A stretch of 64,000 nucleotides of DNA, taken from NCBI GenBank assembly GCA_964447495.1, contig CAYUTF010000004.1, positions 1-64,000 of the forward strand, read 5' to 3'. The notes under the pieces are model-generated. The model searched no databases. It saw nothing but the letters and a program-made list of their open reading frames with translations, and was not told where the DNA came from. The stretch's first letter is position 1. Each line of letters opens with the position of its first letter. The position numbers were made by a program, and so were the translations under genes. Positions 49,407-59,635 of the stretch are shown in pieces. This DNA is from an uncultured archaeon. GTDB taxonomy: Archaea; Asgardarchaeota; Lokiarchaeia; Sigyniarchaeales; SOKP01.

Positions 49407-50327
49407 ATGATCGCTCAAGTGGAGAGATATCCTAGAAATGATGATGAAGTTTTTGTATCAGATTTGAACCTAATGTCCGGAGGCGCCGCCGCAAATACAG
49501 CCTGTGCATGTGCTAAGTTAGGGTTGTCAACAGCTTTTATAGGGATGATAGGAAAAAATGATATATTTGCTGAAAAAATAATTAATGATTTTCATGCTAT
49601 GAAGGTATCAACTCATTATTTAAAATATAATAAAGATTATGTAACGGGATCTGCATTCATAGCGCTTAATAAAGAGGGTGAACGAAGGATTTTTGCTCAT
49701 AGTGGAGCCGCAAATTATCTTTCAAAAGAGGAGATATTAATCGAGGAGATTGAAAATACTAAAGTATTATTTCTTAGTAGTTTGAAGAATTTAGAGCCTT
49801 TTATAAAAGCTGCTGAATTTGCTAAAAGGAAAGGAATATATGTAATTCTGAATCCCGGTATGTTAATAATTAATCAAGGATTTGAAAATGTGAAAGAATT
49901 ATTTGGATTAATAGATATTTTAATACTTTCAAAAAATGAATTTATGACGTTATATAACTTAGATATTTTAGATTTTAAAGCTAACACTGTTAATAAGAAG
50001 TTCAAATCTCTTTTTTCTTTAGGGATTAAAATATTAATTATTACTTTAGGAAAAGAAGGAGCCTATTTAATAAACCAAACCTCAAAAATTCTTATAAAAT
50101 CATATCAGGTAAATAAAGTAGTTGATACGACAGGAGCGGGTGACGCCTTTTCTGCAGGATTTATCTTTAGTTTCCTCAATAATTTAAGTTTTAATTTTAA
50201 TCATTTAATACCAAATGTGAGAATTGGGAATTTTGTTGCCAGTAAGTGCATTCAAGAATTAGGAGCAAGAAATGGAATTCCTAATTTAGAAGAAGTAAAA
50301 AATTTTATTAATAATATTCAACTGTAA
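49407..50327 (+). CDS. PfkB/ribokinase family carbohydrate kinase
   Basis: GGAAANTA and VVDTTGAGDAFSAG. The conserved first strand (FDVICIGAALVD) is encoded upstream in frame at 49371-49406, so the true start is earlier than annotated. Confidence 0.88.
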   Translation: MIAQVERYPRNDDEVFVSDLNLMSGGAAANTACACAKLGLSTAFIGMIGKNDIFAEKIINDFHAMKVSTHYLKYNKDYVTGSAFIALNKEGERRIFAHSGAANYLSKEEILIEEIENTKVLFLSSLKNLEPFIKAAEFAKRKGIYVILNPGMLIINQGFENVKELFGLIDILILSKNEFMTLYNLDILDFKANTVNKKFKSLFSLGIKILIITLGKEGAYLINQTSKILIKSYQVNKVVDTTGAGDAFSAGFIFSFLNNLSFNFNHLIPNVRIGNFVASKCIQELGARNGIPNLEEVKNFINNIQL

Positions 50328-50388
50328 AGATAATAATTTTTTATATTATTGTTTTTTATTTATATTATTCAGAATATGGAGATAGATA

Positions 50389-51459
50389 ATGAGAAGGAGA
50401 CTAAATACTAGAAAGAGGATATTTAAGGAGAGATTCTATTTCTTTGCAGAAGTTTTAGTAGTGTTTTTAACAACTTTTATTTTGCTCTTATACCCCACTT
50501 TATTTACTTTATTAATTAATGATACAAATAAAAGTATAATATCACCTATTTATTATTTATTAAGAGCTCTAGTAATAATCATAGCTATTGTATTAGCTTT
50601 AATTTTTAGTAATTACATATTTCAATCTCAGAAGAGGAAGATAATTTTAAAAGAAGATATTAATCCGTCTGTAAAGTTTTTAAACCTTTTCAAGATTTCA
50701 AAGTCAAATTTTAAATATCAACTTCTTTATGGTATTTTATTGTTATTTTTAGTATTTATTCCTCTTGATTTTTTTACGTATCTATTTATTCCCGAGATGT
50801 TAAACTATATCTCATATTCCTTAGGAGCCTATTCTGAAGCATCTATTAATTCTTATCTATTAGAAAGTTATTCAATTTTCTTAATTTCAGTACTAGTAAT
50901 TCAATTTTCCGTTGCAATTTATGAGGAAGTTTTAAATAGGGGTTTTTTGACTAACAGAGGAAGTGAATACTTGAATAATATGTCTGCTGTGATAATTTCT
51001 GCATTTTTCTTTGGGCTTGGTCATTTTGCGTATATCTTATATCCAAGCTCAACTGGAGTATCCTTTATTTTCCCTCTTATCTGGTTATTCCAAAGCTTCT
51101 TTGTTGGAATAATTTTATCAATGATCTTATTAAGAAAAAGATGGATTTTTCCCGGGATTTTCGCACATGCTTTAAATAATATTATTTCAGCGCATGCTAT
51201 TTGGAATTTTTTACAAGGAAATGATTTCAGTATTATTGCCATATATTTATATTTACCCTTGTTAGTAATTAGTGTATTTTTACTGATATGGCAATTTTCA
51301 CGAGTAAAAGAAAGTCTTTCAATTGGAATAAAAGAATTTTCTTCATATTTTAAGAACGACAGAAAGATTAAAGAAACTACAACTGATAAAATTATCCGAA
51401 TATTATTAGATTTCTTATTTGGTTTAATTATTTATGCAGTTGGAATTATTTTAATTTGA
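50389..51459 (+). CDS. CPBP/Abi (CAAX-protease family) intramembrane metalloprotease
   Basis: Multiple TM helices with YEEVLNRG, FFGLGH and AHALNN motifs. Confidence 0.87.
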   Translation: MRRRLNTRKRIFKERFYFFAEVLVVFLTTFILLLYPTLFTLLINDTNKSIISPIYYLLRALVIIIAIVLALIFSNYIFQSQKRKIILKEDINPSVKFLNLFKISKSNFKYQLLYGILLLFLVFIPLDFFTYLFIPEMLNYISYSLGAYSEASINSYLLESYSIFLISVLVIQFSVAIYEEVLNRGFLTNRGSEYLNNMSAVIISAFFFGLGHFAYILYPSSTGVSFIFPLIWLFQSFFVGIILSMILLRKRWIFPGIFAHALNNIISAHAIWNFLQGNDFSIIAIYLYLPLLVISVFLLIWQFSRVKESLSIGIKEFSSYFKNDRKIKETTTDKIIRILLDFLFGLIIYAVGIILI

Positions 51460-51474
51460 AGGTAAAATGATCTG

Positions 51475-51996
51475 ATGGTTAAATATGGTATAATCTCGGA
51501 TACACATTTTAAATCAAACAGTGATTCAGAGGGCTCTGATTTTGTTCTTAAACAATTGAAAAAAATTTTTCGAGACGTTGATGAAATAATTCATGTTGGA
51601 GATATCTGCCAAGGATTTTTTTTGAATGAATTAAATAAAATAGCCCCAACTAAAGCCATTGCCGGTGAATGTGACCTTATAAAAAGCTTGCCTAAATACT
51701 TGGAGTTTTATTCAGGAAAATATAAAATAGGAGTAATACATGAAAAACCTATTAATTTAGAAAATTTTTTTATTGAAAATAAATTGCATATTTTAATTTT
51801 TGGTCATACTCATCAACCTTTAATAGAAGGGACACCGTTTAATACACTATTAATCAATCCTGGTAGCCCTACTCTGCCAATAGCGCCCTCACAAAAGAGA
51901 GGTTTCAATAAACCAATTGCTAGACCGAGTGTTATCACAATGAATATAAATAAGAATGATATATTATCGACTTACATTATAAATTTAAAAATATAA
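51475..51996 (+). CDS. YfcE/MJ0936 (Vps29-like) metallophosphoesterase
   Basis: ISDTH, IHVGD, AGECD, GHTH and INPGS. Confidence 0.83.
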   Translation: MVKYGIISDTHFKSNSDSEGSDFVLKQLKKIFRDVDEIIHVGDICQGFFLNELNKIAPTKAIAGECDLIKSLPKYLEFYSGKYKIGVIHEKPINLENFFIENKLHILIFGHTHQPLIEGTPFNTLLINPGSPTLPIAPSQKRGFNKPIARPSVITMNINKNDILSTYIINLKI

Positions 51997-52076
51997 AAAC
52001 AATTAAGTTAAAATTAAATATTAAATAGTCCATATTATTTATTATTTAATCAAAGTATTGAGTTGTTTATTTTTCT

Positions 52077-52475
52077 ATGGTTAGCAGACTTGAGATGGTT
52101 CTTAAAGAACTCAATGAAAATGGGAATTTTAGGGCTTCTTTATTCGCAACCTCTACAGGATTGGTTCTAGCTTCTCAAAAATCCGATGAGATTGATGAGA
52201 GAGCTGTTGCCGCAATGGGATCATTACTAAGTGACTCTGCATACAAAGCTTCTGAAGAATTAGACTTATCTTTGTTAAGTAGCTTAAAGATAAAATATAA
52301 AAATGATTTTATCGTATGTCGCAATATAATCATGCCCGATGAAAAAACACAATTTTTATTAGCTGTTCTCAGTAAAGCTCCTGATTCTGACGACGTGGAA
52401 AAATATTTTGATCAATTATTAGATTGGGCAGTTGAAAACTCAGCTGAGGATCTTCAAAAATTATCCTCCATATAA
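52077..52475 (+). CDS. Roadblock/LC7 domain protein
   Basis: SLFATSTGLVLAS...DERAVAAMGSLL...ASEEL pattern. Confidence 0.75.
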   Translation: MVSRLEMVLKELNENGNFRASLFATSTGLVLASQKSDEIDERAVAAMGSLLSDSAYKASEELDLSLLSSLKIKYKNDFIVCRNIIMPDEKTQFLLAVLSKAPDSDDVEKYFDQLLDWAVENSAEDLQKLSSI

Positions 52476-52590
52476 TTACGCTAGTTTTTAGTCATTTCCT
52501 CCTCTTTTCTATTTTTTATAATCCTAAATAGTGTAGATTTTATAACTTAGAAATAATATATTTAAAAATGTTAATTGCAATTGACACTAT

Positions 52591-53625
52591 ATGAAAGCAG
52601 CATTTATAGAAAAACATGGAGAATTAGAACAACTGAAAATTGGACAACTATCAACGCCAAATGTACATTCAAACGAAGTACTAATCGAAACTAAGTTTGG
52701 TGCTATAAATCACATTGATTTATTTATTATTAAAGGTTGGCCGGGGTTAAATATCCCTCTTCCTCATGTTATTGGCAGTGATGGAAGCGGAATAGTAAAA
52801 GAGGTTGGATCAGAAGTTACTACTCTAAAGGTTGGAGATAGGGTTACTGTTAATCCTGGTTTAAGTTGTGGAAAATGCCAATCATGTCTCTCGGGAAAAC
52901 AAAATTTTTGTAAAGATTTTTCCATTCTAGGAGAACATCAATGGGGCACTTATTCAGAGTACTTTAAAGTACCTGATATAAATGTTTTAAAAGTTCCTAC
53001 AAATTTTCAACTAGAAGCAGCCGCGGCTGTACCTTTAACTTTTTTAACTGCTTGGAGAATGCTTACTACTCAAGCTAATCTAAAAGCAGAAGAATTTGTT
53101 TTCATTCATGGAGCTGGAGGAGGTGTTTCTACGGCGGCAATTCAAATTGCAAAACATTTAGGAGCAATTGTTATTACTTCGACAAGTTCCAGAGAAAAAA
53201 TGGAAAAGGCACGAAAATTAGGAGCAGATCATGTAGTTAATTATGTTGAGAACCCGAATTATAGCAAAACAATATATTCTGAAATTACAAAAAAGCGTGG
53301 GGTTGATATAGTTATAGATAGTATCGGTAAAGATACTTTTCAAAATAGTATTCGCCTATTAAGACCAGGAGGACGTATAATTATCCCTGGAGCTACATCT
53401 GGACCTATTTCAGAAATAGATCTTAGGCAAATATTTTGGAAGCAACTAAAAGTTATCGGATCTACCATGAGTAACCAAAAGGAATTTCGAGAAGTAATGA
53501 GTTTATTATTTACTGGTAAATTAAAACCAATTATAGATAAAATATATCCATTAGAGAATATTATTGAGGCAGAGCAATATTTAAACAGGCACAAACAATT
53601 TGGCAAGGTTCTATTGAAAATCTAA
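52591..53625 (+). CDS. Zinc-binding alcohol dehydrogenase / quinone oxidoreductase (MDR family)
   Basis: Structural Zn site CGKCQSC...C, HGAGGGV NAD(P) motif, PLTFLTAWRML and GKVLL. Confidence 0.88.
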   Translation: MKAAFIEKHGELEQLKIGQLSTPNVHSNEVLIETKFGAINHIDLFIIKGWPGLNIPLPHVIGSDGSGIVKEVGSEVTTLKVGDRVTVNPGLSCGKCQSCLSGKQNFCKDFSILGEHQWGTYSEYFKVPDINVLKVPTNFQLEAAAAVPLTFLTAWRMLTTQANLKAEEFVFIHGAGGGVSTAAIQIAKHLGAIVITSTSSREKMEKARKLGADHVVNYVENPNYSKTIYSEITKKRGVDIVIDSIGKDTFQNSIRLLRPGGRIIIPGATSGPISEIDLRQIFWKQLKVIGSTMSNQKEFREVMSLLFTGKLKPIIDKIYPLENIIEAEQYLNRHKQFGKVLLKI

Positions 53626-53639
53626 GCCAAAAGTAGTTT

Positions 53640-54278
53640 CTATTTAATAGAGGAATAAAAATTGTATACTTTTTCAGCTACTTGATTTTCATATCCCCAA
53701 TAAAAGTGATCAGCACCATCTATTATATCAAATTTTTTGGGTTCATTATAATCATTGTAATGTCCAAGAAATTTATCATAATGTGCTAAAGTATCCCTAT
53801 TACCTTGAAGGAATAATTTTGGTTTATCCGTTTGAGAAAGAATTTTATATTTTTGACCCATAAAATCCCATGGAAATGAAATTGCGATAAATCCAATAAT
53901 TTTAGATGAATAGCTAACGATACTACATCCAATAGCAGCGCCATAGGAGTAGCCACATATTAATATAGAATCTATTTTTAAATTTTTAATTAAATAATCA
54001 ACACATGCCTTCACATCACTTATTTCTCCTTCGCCATTAGTGTGACTTCCAGTAGAATTACCTACTGCCCTGAAATTAAACCTTAAAGTGGTTTTATGAT
54101 TTTCTATAAATTTATTAAATATACTTGAAACCACATTGTTATGCATATCACCTCCATATAGGGGATGTGGATGGCAAATCAATATAGATGTTTTAATCTT
54201 TTCATTCTTAGGTTGGTAGTATTCTGCTTCCAGTTTTATATCAGTATTGGAAATAAATATGTGTTGAATGTCTGGCAT
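53640..54278 (-). CDS. Alpha/beta hydrolase
   Basis: CHPHPLYGGDMHN, RFNFRAVG, GYSYG nucleophile, QGNRD and GADHF. Confidence 0.88.
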   Translation of the reverse strand: MPDIQHIFISNTDIKLEAEYYQPKNEKIKTSILICHPHPLYGGDMHNNVVSSIFNKFIENHKTTLRFNFRAVGNSTGSHTNGEGEISDVKACVDYLIKNLKIDSILICGYSYGAAIGCSIVSYSSKIIGFIAISFPWDFMGQKYKILSQTDKPKLFLQGNRDTLAHYDKFLGHYNDYNEPKKFDIIDGADHFYWGYENQVAEKVYNFYSSIK

Positions 54279-54340
54279 AATTTTAATTAATTACCACTAT
54301 ATAATAATAATACTGAAATTAAATTCAATTAATCTAATTC

Positions 54341-55195
54341 ATGAGTTATAATAAAATATTAATTGAAAGAAAGCTAAGGGAATTTCTTGAGGAAGATTCT
54401 AATTATACAGATGTGAGTTCATCTACTATCCCCATAGAAGCGATATCATCGGCAAAAATTATTTCTAAAAGTAATGGATATATCTCAGGCTTAGAGGAAT
54501 TGAAGATCTTATTTGATTTATTGAATGTACAAATAAATTTAAAGAAAAATGATGGAGATCCCATTAAAAACGGGGATATCATTGCTGAATTAACAGGAAA
54601 TACGCGTAATATCTTAATTGGGGAAAGAATTGGACTTAATTTGATTACTCACATGAGTGCAATAACTTCAACTACACGGAAATATGTATCAATAATACAC
54701 GATTCAAATAAGCGCGTCAAAATCGCTTGTACAAGAAAGACAACTCCGGGATTAAGAATATTTGAAAAAAAAGCTACAGTTTTAGGAGGAGGAGACCCTC
54801 ATAGATTTTCATTAGATGATATGATCCTTTTAAAAGACACACATCTTAAGTTTTATGATGGGAAAATATCACTATTACTCTCAGATATAAAAAAATCTGC
54901 AAGCTTCTCAAAAAAAATTGAAATTGAAATAGAGAAAGTCGATGATGTTTTAATTGCAGCAAGAGGTGGAGCGGATATAATTATGTTAGATAACTTTACA
55001 GCAGAAATGGTAGATAAGGCAATCAAATTATTAAATAAACATAATTTACGAGAACATGTATTAATTGAGGTTTCAGGTAATATCAATCAAAAAAATATAG
55101 CAGATTACTTAATTTCAGAACCAGATATTATTAGCACTAGTGAGATTACCCAAAGGCCATCTGAATTTGTGGATTTATCCCTTAGATTTAATTAA
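54341..55195 (+). CDS. nadC: Nicotinate-nucleotide pyrophosphorylase (quinolinate phosphoribosyltransferase)
   Basis: CTRKTTPGLR, HRFSLDDMILLKDTH, IEIEIE, DIIMLDN and EVSGNI. Confidence 0.93.
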   Translation: MSYNKILIERKLREFLEEDSNYTDVSSSTIPIEAISSAKIISKSNGYISGLEELKILFDLLNVQINLKKNDGDPIKNGDIIAELTGNTRNILIGERIGLNLITHMSAITSTTRKYVSIIHDSNKRVKIACTRKTTPGLRIFEKKATVLGGGDPHRFSLDDMILLKDTHLKFYDGKISLLLSDIKKSASFSKKIEIEIEKVDDVLIAARGGADIIMLDNFTAEMVDKAIKLLNKHNLREHVLIEVSGNINQKNIADYLISEPDIISTSEITQRPSEFVDLSLRFN

Positions 55196-55197
55196 AG

Positions 55198-55626
55198 TTA
55201 ATCTATTAATATTTCGTGTATACTAGAAATTACTTCGCGAATTCTTGCCAGACTCTGATAAAAATCTTTAATCAGTCCAAATTCGCCAACCACTAAGACA
55301 TTTTCAATTTTTTTTTCAGCAATCCTCCAATCTGTTGCTGCCTTTATTATTGAATGGAAGTTATGATAAATTTCGGAAATTTCGTCAGCAATTTGTTCTT
55401 TGAATGGATAAACTAAGTTTATAGCCATTATTTTGTAACCTTCCAAATTCTCAAATTTCTCATGATTTTCAATAAATTTCACTATTGCGTCCCTTAAAGC
55501 TTCACTTTTTGAATTGAAACCACTTTGATTTCGAACTTTCTCAAATCTATCTAGTAAATCATCACTTACTTGTAATGAAATAATTTTCATTATAAATTCT
55601 ATTAAAGAATTGTTTATTAAAAACAT
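55198..55626 (-). CDS. Ribbon-helix-helix (CopG/NikR-like) transcriptional regulator
   Basis: IISLQVSDDLL...GFNSKSEALRDAI N-terminus plus an ACT-like C-domain. Probable start is MKIISL (about 55590). Confidence 0.8.
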   Translation of the reverse strand: MFLINNSLIEFIMKIISLQVSDDLLDRFEKVRNQSGFNSKSEALRDAIVKFIENHEKFENLEGYKIMAINLVYPFKEQIADEISEIYHNFHSIIKAATDWRIAEKKIENVLVVGEFGLIKDFYQSLARIREVISSIHEILID

Positions 55627-55666
55627 GTAAGAAAAGTTCTTGATACTATGTTTAAAAATGGATTTT

Positions 55667-56497
55667 TTAAATGAATGCTTTAATATATTCGATGCTTTGC
55701 TTTAATCCCTTCGCAGAGGATAATTCAATAATTAAAGATCCTTTATAATTATAATTTTTAATAGTATTAAGTATCCTTTTAAAATCTATTTTCCCACTAC
55801 CAAGCGGAGGATGAGGATCTGCTTCCTTAGTATAATTATCAACAAGATGAACGTTTTTTATTACATTATATATTTCTTTCCATAGAAGATTGACATCTCC
55901 TGTATTTGTATAATAATGACTTGTATCAAAAGTCATAAAAAGGTCGTTTCTATTTACACTTTTAAAGATATCGATAATATTGTTATGATCAAGCATAATA
56001 AAGGTGTCTTTTGGCATATTTTCTAAAGCTACAATAAAATTTTGATCATTAATGGAATCTATTAAATTATTTAAAGCTTTTACGAGTTGTATTTTATTAT
56101 ATTCTCTAAGTGATTTAATCATAGAATTCGCTACCCCTGGATGGATAGTCATTAAATTAATGCTTAATTCTTTGCAAATTTTGTAGGTTTCGATGTAAGC
56201 TTCTATAGAGGCGAGAGAAATCGTCGAATTATGAGAACAGAGGCTTATATCAATATAAGGGCCATGAACTTGTTTTTTGATAGAATAAGATCGAATTAGG
56301 TTAAAAAATTTATGTTTTGAATCCTCTCTGAGCAAATCTTGAGGTTCGATGACTATTTCTACAACATTAATATCATTTTCTTCGGCAAAGTTTAAACAAG
56401 TTTCTGTTGCTTCATAAAAATTCTTAAACATGTCATTGAATTTGTTAGCTATGGCAAAATCAATGAGATGTCCAAGTGTACTAATTCCTAATTGCAT
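55667..56497 (-). CDS. Sugar phosphate isomerase/epimerase (xylose isomerase-like TIM barrel)
   Basis: VHGPY, IHPG, ALENMP, TFDTSH, VHLVDN, PLGSGKIDF and IIEL. Confidence 0.85.
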   Translation of the reverse strand: MQLGISTLGHLIDFAIANKFNDMFKNFYEATETCLNFAEENDINVVEIVIEPQDLLREDSKHKFFNLIRSYSIKKQVHGPYIDISLCSHNSTISLASIEAYIETYKICKELSINLMTIHPGVANSMIKSLREYNKIQLVKALNNLIDSINDQNFIVALENMPKDTFIMLDHNNIIDIFKSVNRNDLFMTFDTSHYYTNTGDVNLLWKEIYNVIKNVHLVDNYTKEADPHPPLGSGKIDFKRILNTIKNYNYKGSLIIELSSAKGLKQSIEYIKAFI

Positions 56498-56518
56498 TAT
56501 TGAACACTTTAATTATGT

Positions 56519-57199
56519 TTATAGATCTTTAAGCATATTTCGAGGGCAATTAGAAAACAATGTTTTAAACATATTTTTAAATTTATCCAAAGGCTCCTTA
56601 TCTAGAACATAAGGATTACCTATTTGTAGTGCCCCCCAATACACTTTTGCTAATTTTTCTACGAATTCCGCATTTTTAACAGCATTTGGAATAGATTTTC
56701 CACATACAATAACTCCATGATTTGCTAAGAGGGCTCCGTTCTTATATCCCAATGCTATAAGAGCAGATTCACCTATATCATCTGTATGAGCTTCTCCATA
56801 GGGTGATATATCTATTGAGCCCCCCAGGTAAATAACCTGTTCTTCCATAATAATAGGAATGTTTTTTCTAACTATAGAAAGCATAGATGCATAGGTTGAA
56901 TGGGTATGAATGACGCATTTTACTTTAGGACGCGATTTATAAAGCACGGAGTGTAATTTAACTTCTGTTGAAGGTAATTTTCCAGAGCTTAATGCTGTGC
57001 CATCAAATGTTATATGTACGATTTGATCAGCTGTAAATGTTTGATAATTATTTCCTGTAGGGGTTATTAACAGTTCATCTTTTTTTGGAATTCTAAGACT
57101 AATGTTTCCTTCATTATTTTCTAATATACCTTTATTAAATAAATCTCTTCCAGCATTAACTATTTCTTCCCTTAAACTATTTAGATAGTCATCATCCAT
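56519..57199 (-). CDS. Class II aldolase/adducin family protein (FucA-like)
   Basis: EGNIS, ITPTG, PSTEVKLH, IHTHS and LANHG Zn ligands. Confidence 0.88.
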   Translation of the reverse strand: MDDDYLNSLREEIVNAGRDLFNKGILENNEGNISLRIPKKDELLITPTGNNYQTFTADQIVHITFDGTALSSGKLPSTEVKLHSVLYKSRPKVKCVIHTHSTYASMLSIVRKNIPIIMEEQVIYLGGSIDISPYGEAHTDDIGESALIALGYKNGALLANHGVIVCGKSIPNAVKNAEFVEKLAKVYWGALQIGNPYVLDKEPLDKFKNMFKTLFSNCPRNMLKDL

Positions 57200-57422
57200 A
57201 TTTTAACATCTCAAAAAATTAATATATTTAAGAGTAATAAAAATGCAATTTAAATAAAATATTCGATACAAATATTTGGAAATTGCTAATAATTTATTAA
57301 AATCAGAAGATTGTCGCTTTGGTAGTTAATAAACAATAATTCTAGATGGTCATTTTTTTTAAAAGGTTTCTAATTATTTCATTTTTGACACATTAAAAAA
57401 TAGTTTTAAATTACGATGATAT

Positions 57423-58511
57423 ATGTCTCGAATAATTTTTCATTGTGATATAGATTGTTTCTTTGCTGCTGTAGAGATTCGAGATAACATTGAATATAGG
57501 AACAAGCCAGTCATTATTGGGGCTGATCCTAAGGAAGGAAAAGGGCGTGGTGTAGTATCAACATGTTCTTATGAAGCAAGAGAATTCGGGTTGCACTCTG
57601 CAATGCCAATTTCAAAAGCTTATAGATTATGTCCCAATGGTATCTATTTAAAGCCAAATTTTAATAAATACCAAAAAGCCTCTAAAGAGGTTATACAGAT
57701 TCTAAGATCATACTCCCCTAAAATTCAACAAGTAAGCATAGATGAGGCTTATCTTGATATGACTGAAATTTGCTCTTCTTTCGAGGAAGCGAAACAACTA
57801 GCAAAAAGGATTCAGGAAGTGATATTTAATAATGTTGGAATTACAATATCTATAGGATGTGCTTCTAGTAAATCTATTGCTAAAATAGCATCAGATTATA
57901 ATAAACCAAATGGAATAACGATCGTAAAAGATGAAGAAAGAACCGAATTTCTTAAGGATATGGATATAACGCGAATTCCAGGCATAGGAAAAAAGTCTAA
58001 ATTGTATTATAGCAAAAAAGGTATCAATACAATTGGAGATATTATTCGTTTGTCGCGATATCAGATGATTGAAAAATTTGGAAAAAATGGAGAATGGGTC
58101 TGGAATGTTGCAAATGGTTTAGATATGAGAGAAGTGAAAGAGTTCCATGATGAGAGAAAATCAATTAGTAAAGAAAGAACTTTTTATGAGGATACAAATA
58201 ATTTTAAAGAAATAATTTCAAAATTGGAAGAAATTAATAACAAAATTCATAATAAATTAGAAAAAAAGGAGATTTTTTATCGGACAGTGACTCTGAAGAT
58301 AAGATTTGAAGGCTTTCAAACTTATACAAGGTCTAGATCCTTTTCCAACTATATAAGAAATAGAAATAAAGCCTTAAGAATTATCATCGAATTGATGAGG
58401 GAATTTCGAAGTAAAAATAAGAAAGTTAGATTAGTTGGTGTTCGAATCTCTAATTTAAAAACAAAGTTAAATAACGCACAAACCAATATGTTGAATTATA
58501 TTCAAATATAA
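57423..58511 (+). CDS. dinB: DNA polymerase IV (Y family)
   Basis: HCDIDCFFAAVE, CSYEAR, VSIDEAYLD, AKIASDYNKPNG and IPGIG; C-terminal PIP-like QTNMLNYI. Confidence 0.94.
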   Translation: MSRIIFHCDIDCFFAAVEIRDNIEYRNKPVIIGADPKEGKGRGVVSTCSYEAREFGLHSAMPISKAYRLCPNGIYLKPNFNKYQKASKEVIQILRSYSPKIQQVSIDEAYLDMTEICSSFEEAKQLAKRIQEVIFNNVGITISIGCASSKSIAKIASDYNKPNGITIVKDEERTEFLKDMDITRIPGIGKKSKLYYSKKGINTIGDIIRLSRYQMIEKFGKNGEWVWNVANGLDMREVKEFHDERKSISKERTFYEDTNNFKEIISKLEEINNKIHNKLEKKEIFYRTVTLKIRFEGFQTYTRSRSFSNYIRNRNKALRIIIELMREFRSKNKKVRLVGVRISNLKTKLNNAQTNMLNYIQI

Positions 58512-58527
58512 TTATAAAATTTAAGTG

Positions 58528-59457
58528 TTAGTTAAAGATATTACTATTATTTCTTATTGCTTCTAAAATCTCCTTATGAAAGTTTCCATTTGAGGAAATA
58601 AGTCCCGGTGCAGTTATGACGCATTTATTTTGCACATATTGGGCTGGTTTTCCATTTAGATCAGTTACAACCCCACCCGCTTCATTTACCAATAAATCTC
58701 CGGGTAAAAAATCCCAAATATAAGAAAGATCCATTTTCATCGGTTTAAGATATAACTCAGCGGATCCATCCGCAATCATGCAGAATTTAGCCATACTATC
58801 TATTTGAATAAATTTTTCTATTCCTAATATTTTAGCTAATTTCATCACCCATGGCTCATCATAATGTAATGAATGGCATAAAAAAGATTGGTTTATATTT
58901 TTTTGTTCACTCACTTTAATCGTTACGAATTTTTTGCCACCATAAGATGCTTGAGCACCATGATTTTTATTTGCAACGAATATTGCTACGCCCTCCTCAT
59001 TATAATTCGGAACACCGATAATACTAAGTGTTTTTTCATAATTAGACATTAATCCTATACCTATAGCATAAGATAAACCTTCTTGGTAACCCTTTGTTCC
59101 ATCAATTGGATCAATAGACCATTGTCTTTCAGATTTAGGTCCTCTATAGTTAAGAATGTCTCTGAAATTAAGTTTAACATTGAGATTTAAAGCATTAAAG
59201 CAGTTTTGTATTATTTTTTCAGGCCTCAAATTAAGTTGAGAGGAATAACTTTCTTCAGCGACTATTGAATCATTGGGATAAATTTCTTTCAGTTTACTAA
59301 TTATATAAATTTGGGAAGCATAATCCGCAAGAGTGACGGGAGATTTATCTTGTTTTATATATGATTGATAACCCTCTTCCCTGAACCATTCAGTTATGTT
59401 AATAGCGTTTTTGATTATTGCAATCATTAATTGAATATCTTTATTATTATCAATCAT
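58528..59457 (-). CDS. Inositol monophosphatase family, 3'(2'),5'-bisphosphate nucleotidase (HAL2/SAL-like)
   Basis: KQDKSPVTLADYASQ, IVAEE, IDPIDGTKG, IDSMAKF and IWD. Confidence 0.83.
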   Translation of the reverse strand: MIDNNKDIQLMIAIIKNAINITEWFREEGYQSYIKQDKSPVTLADYASQIYIISKLKEIYPNDSIVAEESYSSQLNLRPEKIIQNCFNALNLNVKLNFRDILNYRGPKSERQWSIDPIDGTKGYQEGLSYAIGIGLMSNYEKTLSIIGVPNYNEEGVAIFVANKNHGAQASYGGKKFVTIKVSEQKNINQSFLCHSLHYDEPWVMKLAKILGIEKFIQIDSMAKFCMIADGSAELYLKPMKMDLSYIWDFLPGDLLVNEAGGVVTDLNGKPAQYVQNKCVITAPGLISSNGNFHKEILEAIRNNSNIFN

Positions 59458-59635
59458 TTTCCTAATGAAAAATTTTGATTTTATTATTGATATATTGTAA
59501 AAAATTAACCTTCTTAATTTAGATTTTTTTTCTTTTTTTATAAATTAAAAATATATTGGATAGATCTTTTTATGTTCTATAACCTAAACTTATATTATTA
59601 TTTCCTAACTGATATTAATTAATAAAATAATAAGG

